Shown in pieces: positions 52,961 to 64,000 of a stretch of 64,000 bases of DNA; position 1 is the first letter of the stretch; each line of letters starts with the position of its first letter. Source of the stretch: Felis catus (Eukaryota); the NCBI RefSeq assembly GCF_018350175.1, contig NC_058368.1:86244001-86308000 (forward strand), in the 5' to 3' direction. Below the pieces are notes generated by a model that had not been told where the DNA came from, searched no databases, and was given only the letters and a program-made list of their open reading frames with translations. The translations under genes and the position numbers were made by a program.

Positions 52961-53581
52961 TTTATTTTTCATAATCATAGTTATATTTTTATATGAAATT
53001 AATTGTTAAATTGGTTTCTATACAACACCCAGTGCTCATCCCAACATGTGACCTCCTCAATGCCCATCACCCACTTTCCTTTCTCCCCCACCCCCTATCA
53101 ACCCTGAGTTTGTTCTCAGTTTTTAAGACCAAAGCGGGAGGCATCACAATCCCAGACTTTAGCCTCTGCTACAAAGTTGTAATCATCAAGACAGCATGGT
53201 ATTGGCACAAAAACAGACACATAGACCAATGGAATAGAGACTCCAGAATTGGACCCACAAAAGTATGGCCAACTAATCTTTGACAAAGCAGGAAAGAATA
53301 TCCAATGGAAACAAAGACAGTCTATTTAACAAATGGTGCTGGGATAGCTGGACATTAACATGCAGAAGAATGAAACTAGACCACTTTCTTACACCATTCA
53401 CAAAAATAAACTCAAAATGGATAAAGAGTCTGAATGTGAGACAGGAAACCATCAAAACCCTAGAGGAGAAGGCAGGAAGAAACCTTTCTGACCTCAGCCA
53501 CAGCAATTTCTTACTTGACACATCTCCAAAGGCTAGGGAATTAAAAGCAAAAATGAACTATTGGGACCTCATGAAGATTAA
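52961..53581 (-). mobile_element. Short L1 insertion with 5' inversion (twin-priming structure)
   Basis: Minus-strand 3' end to ~53128 joined to plus-strand ORF2 piece 53125-53581; perfect 12-bp TSD caggttatttta at 52949-52960 and 53582-53593. Confidence 0.92.
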
Positions 53582-54333
53582 CAGGTTATTTTAAAAAGTA
53601 CATTTCATTGGACTGAAATGGATTTAAATGATCGTGTGTTATGTGTGTGTGTTTGTACAATTGCAAAATGAATCACTTGCCTTAATACTTGTGTACTTAA
53701 AAAAATGTCTCTTTAAACCTAAAAATTATATCATTATAAAATCCTGGAAAGAATTGGTGTGATTCCTGATAAAGTATTGTAAAATAGCAATGAAACATAG
53801 TAATGTTGATAATAAACTCAAGACAGAGAGTATCTATAAACTTATTTCCTGGATTTATGCTGAATAAGACTGAGGTCTATACTAAGTTATATGATGTGTG
53901 GGAAAATATGGTCACGTTAAAAATAATTCTGTGTGAAAAAATATATACTAAATTTAAATATACATGGATGCAAAGGGAACTTCATTTGTGAAAAGAATTT
54001 ATTTGCCAGTAATAATAGCAATATCTTTTCAGAAACAATTGCATTTGAAAGGAAAATTGTATTTGTTGAGGAAGAGAAGATGTATTGTCCTGAGAGCCTG
54101 TGATGAATCCTCTGGACATGGGGAATGGTAGCTAGTTGTAACGCTTTAATATTATATGTGTAACATGAGGTATATTCTCCAGGAGTAGAGCATATGATGT
54201 GTTCACATATATGTTGATTCCACTGCATTAATGTTCTGGCTGTTTGGATTGCTGTTTGAATTAAATAATTATAATTGTAAGGTGATCTTTAAAATTTGGG
54301 ACATATTATATGTAAGAAACAAAATTCACACAT

Positions 54334-54546
54334 GGGGAACCTGGATGGCTCAGTCAGTTAAGCGTCTGACTCTTGATGTTGTCTCATCCTGATTTCACAC
54401 CTTGTGGGTTCAAGCCCTTCATCAGGCTCTGGGCTGACAGTGTGGAGCCTTCTTCGGATTCTCTCTCTCCTCTGCCCCTCTTCCACCTGCTCTCTCTGTC
54501 TCTCAAAATAAATAAATACACTAAAAAATTTTAGAAAAAAAAAAAA
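54334..54546 (+). mobile_element. Can-SINE
   Basis: SINE body and A tail. Confidence 0.92.
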
Positions 54547-54644
54547 CTAACACAAAAGAGTCAAAATCCAAAATAACAATTGTACAGAGTAGAATTTCCA
54601 TTTCCTCACTTGAATTTTTCTTGAGTACATATATTATTTTTAAG

Positions 54645-54865
54645 TTTTTTTTTTAATTTTAGTATAGTTGATACACAATATTACATTAGTTTCAGGTATA
54701 TAATATATTAATTTGAAAAGTGTATACATATGCTCTGTTCGCCATAAGTATAGCTACCACCTGTCCAGATACAAGGCCATTACAATATCATTGACTATAT
54801 TCCTTAGGCTGTGTTTTTATTCCTGTGATTTATTTATTTCTAAAATGAAAGCCTATATTTCACTT
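54645..54865 (-). mobile_element. Old L1 3' end fragment
   Basis: agtatagttgatacacaatattacattagtttcaggtata is an L1 3' terminus on the minus strand. Confidence 0.75.
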
Positions 54866-54965
54866 CTTCTTTGTGAGTTATTTTTGCTCATGGGCACAGT
54901 GGTTACATGATTACTAGGGCAAACTTAGTAGTTCTCATATATCCTAAAAGAATTCATTTATATGA

Positions 54966-55165
54966 GGGGTGCCTGGGTGGCTCAGTCAGTTAGGTATCTG
55001 ACTTTGGCTCAGGTCATGATCTTGCAGTTTGTGAGTTCGGGCCCATGTCAGGCTCTGTGGTGAGGGCTCAGAGCCTGCTTCAGATTCTGTCTCCTTCTCT
55101 CTCTGACCCTCCCCACTTGTGCTTCATCTCTCTGTCTCTCAAAAATAATAAATGTAAAAAAAAAA
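54966..55165 (+). mobile_element. Can-SINE
   Basis: SINE body; atttatatga flanking repeat. Confidence 0.93.
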
Positions 55166-57474
55166 TTAAAACAATGGATTTATATGAATCTTTTATTTCT
55201 AATTAAATTACTCTTTGTCTCAATGTTAACAAAAATATAAAATTGAACTTATGAGAAAGACAATACTGAACTTATCTGTTTCACAGAAATTACATATAAA
55301 TGCAATATATATCTAAACAGATATATATTTTCTAACATTAAAGGACATCTAGAAATAATTTAGATATTCATAGAAATACTGGAAGTCTTATCCAGTACTT
55401 TTCATTTGAATTGTGCCTAATTTTACTGCTTTCTGTGATTAACTTTTGTATTTTGTCTTTTAAATTTGTATATAACTAAGCTTCAAGTGCAATAATAATA
55501 TCTACATTCAAAATCGAAGATACTTTGTGAAAAAAAAACAAATGGTACATAGAAATAATTTGGGAAATGCTGCTGATAAATATAGACATATCAAGTGTGT
55601 AGATAAAAATAATTTGATGGCAACTTTCTTGATGTCACTAGAATGGTGATAATAAAGATGATAAATGTCACACCTATTGCTCAGTGATGACTTATGCAAA
55701 GCACATCTTAAGTATCCATTTACACTACCTTGTACAACCTTATGTTAACCCTTGTTTTTTCTTCCAGCTTTATTGAAGTATACTTGACAAAAAAAGTTGT
55801 ATATATTTAAAATGTACCACTTAGAGGAGCCAAGATGGTGGAACAGCATGGAAGTCTTTTGTGTGTCTCGTGTCCATGAAATACAGCCAGAACAACACTA
55901 AACCACCCTAAACACATAGAAAACTGATTGGAGGATTAACACAACAATCTGTACAACCTGAACCACAGAATTCAGCAGGCATGCAGTGCAGAGAGGTGAA
56001 TTTGGGGAGTGAGCAGCCAGCCCCTGAGGGTAAGGATCCGCTTTTGCAGGTGGAGAGAGGAAGCACACTAGGGAGGGGGGGAGAATTCGGGAAAAAATCC
56101 CTCCCGAAAAGCAGCTGGAAAGAAAGTGGAAAATTGGAAACAGCTGCAGGGACTAAACTAAAAAGGGAGAAAGGAGAAAGGAGAGGGTTTAAATTCCATT
56201 AAGACTGTAAACAAGGGGAGCGCAAAGGCTGCAACTCCGCAGCTCGAAACCTGGCCGTGCTCTGGTGGGAACAGCAAATCCCCAGTAACAGACTGGGGTC
56301 CGGGAGGTACTCGGGCTACACAGGGAAAAGTGGTTCCACTACTGGTAGAACATTTGGTAGAGACTGTTGAAGCCACCTGGTCCCATCAGACCACAGAAAA
56401 CGCCACATTCGCTGGTGCTGGAACAAGGTCCTTAAGGGTGAAGCCTGGTGCCAGATGTGTGTTGTGATTTTCCATAATCCCTGAAACGCTGCTGCTACAC
56501 TATCTCGTGAACTTTTTCTGGGGCGGGCTGGCACCTGGCTGCAGTCTCGGGGCACCGGCAGCAGCAGGGTCCAGCAAGCATTCCTGGGTGCAGCTGACAT
56601 TCGGCCATTGCTCATTCGGCCATTGCTCGGTGAGACCCTCCCACAGACGGGCAGAACCGGTCAAAGCCTCAGTCCTTCTGACATAAAGGGCCAGGGAAAA
56701 CAGCTGCATCTGAGACAAAATTTGGGAGAGAGGTACTGCCTGGGGCCTGGTCACGGAGAATGAAAAAGCAGGCAGTGGATGAAAGCTGAAGACAACGGGT
56801 GCACGATTGCTGATCTGGGAGAACAAACTGGGTGGCTGGAAGAAGCCATTTTCACTGCTTCCAGGCTTGTGCATACTCACCTACAAGCACCACAATACAC
56901 CCCAGTAGGCTAGCAGTGCCATCTAGTGGAGAGTGGAGTTGTTACACTGAGCCCTGCCCAACTGGGCCAACTTCACTCTTCAAGAACACAAGTCTCACCG
57001 CTGGCTTGGTTTATGGACTATTAAGCGCTACATAGACTGACTTCTAGGGGAAAACTAATTTCAGTCCTATTTCAAACTGTTAGCAGGTTCATCTATTGAA
57101 TTTTCATTCTTTTTTTTCTCTTTTAAACTTATTTTTTTTCTTGAATACAGAAAAACAAAAAAATGTTTTTATTTTCAATTTTTATTAAAAATATTTTCTT
57201 TAATTTTTATTACTATATTTTTTCCTTTTGTAAATTTTTTCATATTATATTTTACTTCCATCGTTTTATTTTAGTCTACTTCAGTGTATTTGTTGCGACC
57301 GGCGCAACAAACACCGAGATCAGGGTCCTGAGGGTAGGGGAATGTAAGAAAAAAAGAGAGAAGAGAAGACAGTTTGGGAACAGGAGGGTCCCCTGAGCTG
57401 ATGGCCCAAGTGATGGCTTTATTGTTGCTGTACACAATCTTTTATATCAAGACTCTTATGGGTTAGGCCATTCT

Positions 57475-58068
<594 letters not shown>

Positions 58069-58923
58069 TGGGTCAGGCCATTCTAAGAATAAACAGGTTT
58101 CACGTGATCGCTGTCAACCAAAACATTTAGTTCTGTGTACCTTGTGAACTTTCTAAACGGGTCACAGCAAGACCTTGTTGATAGATTGCTAGCAAAACAC
58201 AGTTCCCATGTTTGTTTTTATTTGACCCGGGGTAGAAAAAGGGGAGGTAACATTACTGCCAACATCCACAGAACACAGGCTTCAGGAATTAACTTTCTCA
58301 GCCTTGACAAGGCTTTTGTATGCCCTTGAAAGTGGGGGGAATGGGAGGGGGAACCACCGGGTTGACTGAGTCAACAGGAAGCTGTTGCTCAACCCAGTCT
58401 CAGCCTGGCACCGGGGCCTGGCCTCCCACAGTATTCACCTTTTCAAATTTTCAAACAAATTCCTTTTTATTTTTTCTTTTTCTTTTTTTTCTCTTTTTCA
58501 TTTCTTTTCTTTCTCTTGAAAGCAGAAAGAGAAAATCTTCATTTTTACCTTCAATTTCTATTAAAAATATTTTTATTTAAATTTTTTACTATATATTTTT
58601 GCTTGTATGTACTTTTTTTCAAATTCTATTTAACTTCCATCATTTTATTTTAGTCTACTACTGTGTATTCACTTTTTTCAAATTTTCAAACAATTTTTTT
58701 TCAATATATGAAATTTATTGTCAAATTGATTTCCATACACACCCAGTGCTCATCCCAAAAGGTGCCCTCCTCAATACCCATCACCCACCCTCCCTTCCCT
58801 CCCACCCCCCATCAATCCTCAGTTTGTTCTCAGTTTTTAATAGTCTCTTATGCTTTGGCTCTCTCCCACTCTAACCTCTTTTTTTTTTTCGTTCCCCTCC
58901 CCCATAGGTTTCTGTTAAATTTC

Positions 58924-61900
58924 TCAGGATCCACAAAAGAGTGAAAACATATGATATCTCTTTCTCTGTATGGCTTATTTCACTTAGCATCACACTCTCC
59001 AGTTCCATCCACGTTGCTACAAAGGGCCATATTTCATTCTTTCTCATTGCCATGTAGTACTCCATTGTGTATATAAACCACAATTTCTTGATCCATTCAT
59101 CAGTTGATGGACATTTAGGCTCTTTCCATAATTTGGCTATTGTTGAGAGTGCTGCTATAAACATTGGGGTACAAGTGCCCCTATGCATCAGTACTCCTGT
59201 ATCCCTTGGGTAAATTCCTAGTAGTGCTATTGCTGGGTCATAGGGTAGGTCTATTTTTAATTTTCTGAGGAACCTCCACACTGTTTTCCAGAGTGGCTGC
59301 ACCAATTTGCATTCCCACCAACAGTGCAAGAGGGTTCCCGTTTCTCCACATCCTCTCCAGCATCTATAGTTTCCTGATTTGTTCATTTTGGCCACTCTGA
59401 CTGGCGTGAGGTGACACCTGAGTGTGGTTTTGATTTGTATTTCCCTGATAAGGAGCAACGTTGAGGATATTTTCATGTGCCTGTTGGCATCTGATGTCTT
59501 CTTTAGAGAAGTGTGTATTCATGTTTTCTGCCCATTTCTTCACTGGGTTATTTGTTTTTCGGGTGTGGAGTTTGGTGAGCTCTTTATAGATTTTGGATAC
59601 TAGCCCTTTGTCTGATCGGTCATTTGCAAATATCTTTTCCCATTCCGTCGGTTGCCTTTTAGTTTTGTTGGTTGTTTCCTTTGCTGTGCAGAAGCTTTTT
59701 ATCTTCATAAGATCCCAGTAGTTAATTTTTGCTTTTAATTCCCTTGCCTTTGGGGATGTGTCGAGTAAGAGATTGCTACGGCTGAGGTCAGAGAGGTCTT
59801 TTCCTGCTTTCTCCTCTAGGGTTTTGATGGTTTCCTGTCTCACATTCAGGTCCTTTATCCATTTGGAGTTTATTTTTGTGAATGGTGTGAGAAAGTGGTC
59901 TAGTTTCAACCTTCTGCATGTTGCTGTCCAGTTCTCCCAGCACCATTTGTTAAAGAGACTGTCTTTTTTTCCATTGGATGTTCTTTCCTGCTTTGTCAAA
60001 GATGAGTTGGCCATACGTTTGTGGGTCTAGTTCTGGGGTTTCTATTCTATTCCATTGGTCTATGTGTCTGTTTTTGTGCCAATACCATGCTGTCTTGATG
60101 ATGGCAGCTTTGTAGTGGAGGCTAAAGTCTGGGATTGTGATGCCTCCTGCTTTGGTCTTCTTCTTCAAAATTCCTTTGGCTATTCGGGGCCTTTTGTGGT
60201 TCCATATGAATTTTAGGATTGCTTGTTCTAGTTTCGAGAAGAATGCTGGTGCAATTTTGATTGGGATTGCATTGAATGTGTAGATAGCTTTGGGTAGTAT
60301 TGACATTTTGACAATATTTATTTTTCCAATCCATGAGCAGGGAATGTCTTTCCATTTCTTTAAATCTTCTTCAATTTCCTTCATAAGCTTTCTATAGTCT
60401 TCAGCATACAGATCCTTTACATCTTTGGTTAGATTTATTCCTAGGTATTTTATGCTTCTTGGTGCAATTGTGAATGGGATCAGTTTATTTGACTTTCTGT
60501 TGCTTCATTGTCAGTGTATAAGAATGCAACTGATTTCTGTACATTGATTTTGTATCCTGCAACTTTGCTGAATTCATGTATCAGTTCTAGCAGACTTTTG
60601 GTGGAGTCTATCGGATTTTCCATGTATAGTATCATGTCATCTGCAAAAAGTGAAAGCTTGACTTCTTTTTGCCAATTTTGATGCCTTTGATTTCCTTTTG
60701 TTGTCTGATGGCTGATGCTAGAACTTCCAGCACTATGTTAAACAACAGCGGTGAGAGTGGGCATCCCTGTCGTGTTCCTGATCTCAGGGAAAAAGCTCTC
60801 AGTTTTTCCCCATGGAGGATGATGTTAGCTGTGGGCTTTTCATAAATGACTTTTATGATGTTTAAGTATGTTCCTTCTATCCCAACTTTCTCAAGGATTT
60901 TTATTAAGAAAGGGTGCTGGATTTTGTCAAAGGCCTTTTCTGCATCGATTGACAGGATCATATGGTTCTTATCTTTTCTTTATTAATGTGATGTATCACG
61001 TTGATTGATTTGCAAATGTTGAACCAGCCCTGTATCCCAGGAATGAATCCCACTTGATCATGGTGAATAATTCTTTTTATATGCCGTTGAATTCGATTTG
61101 CCAGTATCTTATTGAGAATTTTTGCATCCATATTCATCAGGGATATTGGCCTGTAGTTCTCTTTTTTTACTGGGTCTCTGTCTGGTTTAGGAATCAAAGT
61201 AATACTGGCTTCATAGAATGAGTCTGGAAGTTTTCCTTCCCTTTCTATTTCTTGGACTAGCTTGAGAAGGATAGGTATTATCTCTGCTTTAAATGTCTGG
61301 TAGAACTCCCCTGGGAAGCCATCTGGTCCTGGACTCTTATTTGTTGGGAGATTTTTGATAACCAATTCAATTTCTTCGCTGGTTATGGGTCTGTTCAAGC
61401 TTTCTATTTCCTCCTGATTGAGTTTTGGAAGAGTGTGGGTGTTTAGGAATTTGTCCATTTCTTCCAGGTTGTCCAATTTGTTGGCATATAATTTTTCATA
61501 GTTTTCTCTGATAATTGCTTGTATCTCTGAGGGATTGGTTGTAATAATTCCATTTTCATTCGTGATTTTATCTATTTGGGTCATCTCCCTTTTCTTTTTG
61601 AGAAGCCTGGCTAGAGGTTTGTCAATTTTGTTTATTTTTTTCAAAAACCAACTCTTGGTTACGTTGATCTGCTTTACAGTTTTTGTAGATTCTATATTGT
61701 TTATTTCTGCTCTGATCTTTCTTATTTCTCTTCTTCTGCTGGGTTTAGGCTGCCTTTGCTGTTCTGCTTATAGTTCCTTTAGGTGTGCTGTTAGATTTTG
61801 TATTTGGGATTTTTCTTGTTTCTTGAGATAGGCCTGGATTGCAATGTAGTTTCCTCTCAGGACTGCCTTTGCTGCGTCCCAAAGCATTTGGAATGTTGTA

Positions 61901-62740
61901 TTTTCATTTTCGTTTGTTTCCATATATTTTTTAATTTCTTCTCTAATTGCCTGGTTGGCCCACTCATTTGTTAGTAGGGTGTTCTTTAACCTCCATGCTT
62001 TTGGAGGTTTTCCAGACTTTTTCCTGTGGTTGATTTCAAGCTTCATAGCATTGTGGTCTGAAAGTATGCAAGGTATAATTTCAATTCTTCTAAACTTATG
62101 GAGGGCTGTTTTGTTACCCAGTATATGATCTATGTTGGAGAATGTTCCATGTGCACTCGAGAAGAAAGTATATTCTGTTGCTTTGGGATGCAGAGTTCTA
62201 AATATATCCGTCAAGTCCATCTGATCCAATGTCTCATTCAGGGCCCTTGTTTCTTTATTGACAGTGTGTCTAGATGATCTATCCATTTCTGTGAGTGGAG
62301 TGTTAAAGTCCCCTGCAATTACCACATTCTTATCAATAAGGTTGCTTATGTTTATGAGTAATTGTTTTATATATTTGGGGGCTCTGGTATTTGGCGCATA
62401 GACATTTATAATTGTTAGGTCTTCCTGGTGGATAGACCCTGTAATTATTATATAATGCCATTCTTCATCTCTTGTTACAGCCTCTAATTTAAAGTCTAGT
62501 TTGTCTGATATAATTATGGCTACTCCAGCTTTCTTTTGGCTTCCAGTAGCATGATAAATAGTTCTCTATCCCCTCACTCTAAATCTAAAGGTTTCCTCAG
62601 GCCTAAAATGAGTCTCTTGTACACAGCAAATAGATGGGTCTTGTTTTTGTTATCCATTCTGATACCCTATATCTTTTGGTTGGCACATTTAATCCATTTA
62701 CATTCATTGTTATTATAGAAAGATACAGGTTTAGAGTCAT
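58924..62740 (-). pseudogene. L1 ORF2 (endonuclease/reverse transcriptase), disabled
   Basis: MTLNLYLSIITMNVNGLN start; [36 protein letters not shown]; split over several frames, with a TAA at 61768-61770. Confidence 0.93.
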
Positions 62741-62790
62741 TGTGATGTCTGTAGGTTTCATGCTTGTAGCGACGTCTCTGGTACTTTGTC

Positions 62791-63685
62791 TCACAGGATC
62801 CCCCTTAGGATCTCTTGTAGGACTGGTTTAGTGGTGACGAATTCCTTCAGTTGTTGTTTGTTTGGGAAGACCTTTATCTCTCCTTCTATTCTAAATGACA
62901 GACTTGCTGGATAAAGGATTCTCAGCTGCATATTTTTCTGTTGAACACATTGAAGATCTCGTGCCAATCCTTTCTGGCCTGCCAAGTTTCAAAAGAGAGA
63001 TCAGTCAAGAGTCTTATAGGTCTCCCTTTATATGTTAGGGCACGTTTATCCTTTGCTGCTTTCAGAATTTTCTCTTTATCCTTGTATTTTGCCAGTTTCA
63101 CTATGATATGTCATGCAGAAGATTGATTCAAGTTACGTCTGAAGGGAGTTCTCTGTGCCTCTTGGATTTCAATGCCTTTTTCCTTCCCCAGTTCAGGGAA
63201 GTTTTCAGCTATGATTTCTTCAAGTACCCCTTCAGCACCTTTCCCTCTCTTTTCCTCCTCTGGGATACCAATTATGCGTATATTATTTCTTTTTAGTGTA
63301 TCACTTAGTTCTCTAATTTTCCCCTCATACTCCTGGATTTTTTTTTATCTCTCTTTTACTCAGCTTCCTCTTTTTCCATAATTTTATCTTCTAGTTCACC
63401 TATTCTCTCCTCTGCCTCTTCAATCCGAGCCGTTGTGGTTTCCATTTTATTTTGCATCTCATTTAAAGCGTTTTTCAACTTCTCCTGACTGTTCCTTAGT
63501 CCCTTGATCTCTGTAGCAAGAGATTCTCTGCTGTCCTCTATACTGTTTTCAAGCCCTGTGATTAATTTTATGACTATTATTCTAAATTCACTTTCTGTTA
63601 TATTATTTAAATCCTTTTTGATCAGTTCATTAGCTGTTGTTATTTCCTGGAGATTCTTTTGAGGGGAATTCTTCCTTTTGGTCAT
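62791..63685 (-). pseudogene. L1 ORF1, frameshifted
   Basis: MTKRKNSPQK...coiled coil...ILYPASLSFRIEGEIKVF...LQEILRGIL*. Confidence 0.92.
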
Positions 63686-64000
63686 TTTGGATAGTCCCTG
63701 GAGTGGTGCGGACCTGCAGGGCACTTCCCCTGTGCTGTGGTGTATAACTGGAGTTGGTGGGCGGGGCTGCAGTCAGCCCTGATGTCTGCCCCCAGCCCAC
63801 CGCTGGGGCCACAGTCAGACTGGTGTGTGCCTTCTCTTCCCTTCTCTTAGGGGCGGGATTCACTGTGGGGTGGAGTGGCCCATCTGGGCTACTTGCACAC
63901 TGCCAGGCTTGTGGTGCTGGGGATCTGGCGTATTAGCTGTGGTGGGGAGGCAAGTTGCATGGGGGCAGGAGGGGCAGGCTTAGCTCGCTTCTCCTTCAGT

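Larger units (their letters stand above)
58694..64000 (-). mobile_element. Relatively young, near-full-length LINE-1 (5' end beyond the window)
   Basis: Long well-preserved ORF2 segments (EN, RT, C-terminal), ORF1 and GC-rich 5'UTR; AATAAA 58714-58719 and short A tail. Confidence 0.97.

Noticed and set aside
671..55165. tRNA-like A/B boxes
   Set aside because: All are heads of tRNA-derived Can-SINEs; no standalone tRNA gene seen.
58694..64000. Autonomous, active L1
   Set aside because: ORF1 and ORF2 carry several frameshifts and at least one nonsense codon.

Overview
Mammalian genomic DNA, almost certainly a carnivore and most likely a felid: it is dense in tRNA-derived Can-SINEs with feline-type bodies and in carnivore L1s. 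The window is AT-rich and mostly transposon-derived: about 27 SINEs, several large nested and rearranged L1s, two MER21-like LTR remnants, a decayed gammaretrovirus-like ERV (LTR, tRNA-Glu PBS, gag remnant) and a betaretrovirus-like solo LTR. Only two host-gene-derived segments are well supported. (1) A butyrophilin/BTNL-type IgV exon at 24292-24636 (+) has intact splice sites and one in-frame TGA, with a possible degenerate leader exon near 14 kb. (2) A full-length processed copy of thymosin beta-4 (TMSB4X) at 57475-58068 (-) has an intact 44-codon ORF that the ORF track misses. The retrocopy sits inside the solo LTR, which sits inside an L1 5'UTR, just downstream of a younger same-strand L1. 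This nested cassette is the most unusual structure here. I see no evidence for a new multi-gene system; nearly all ORF-track entries are repeat-derived noise or L1 fragments. Repeat subfamily names and many repeat boundaries are approximate because they were read by eye.
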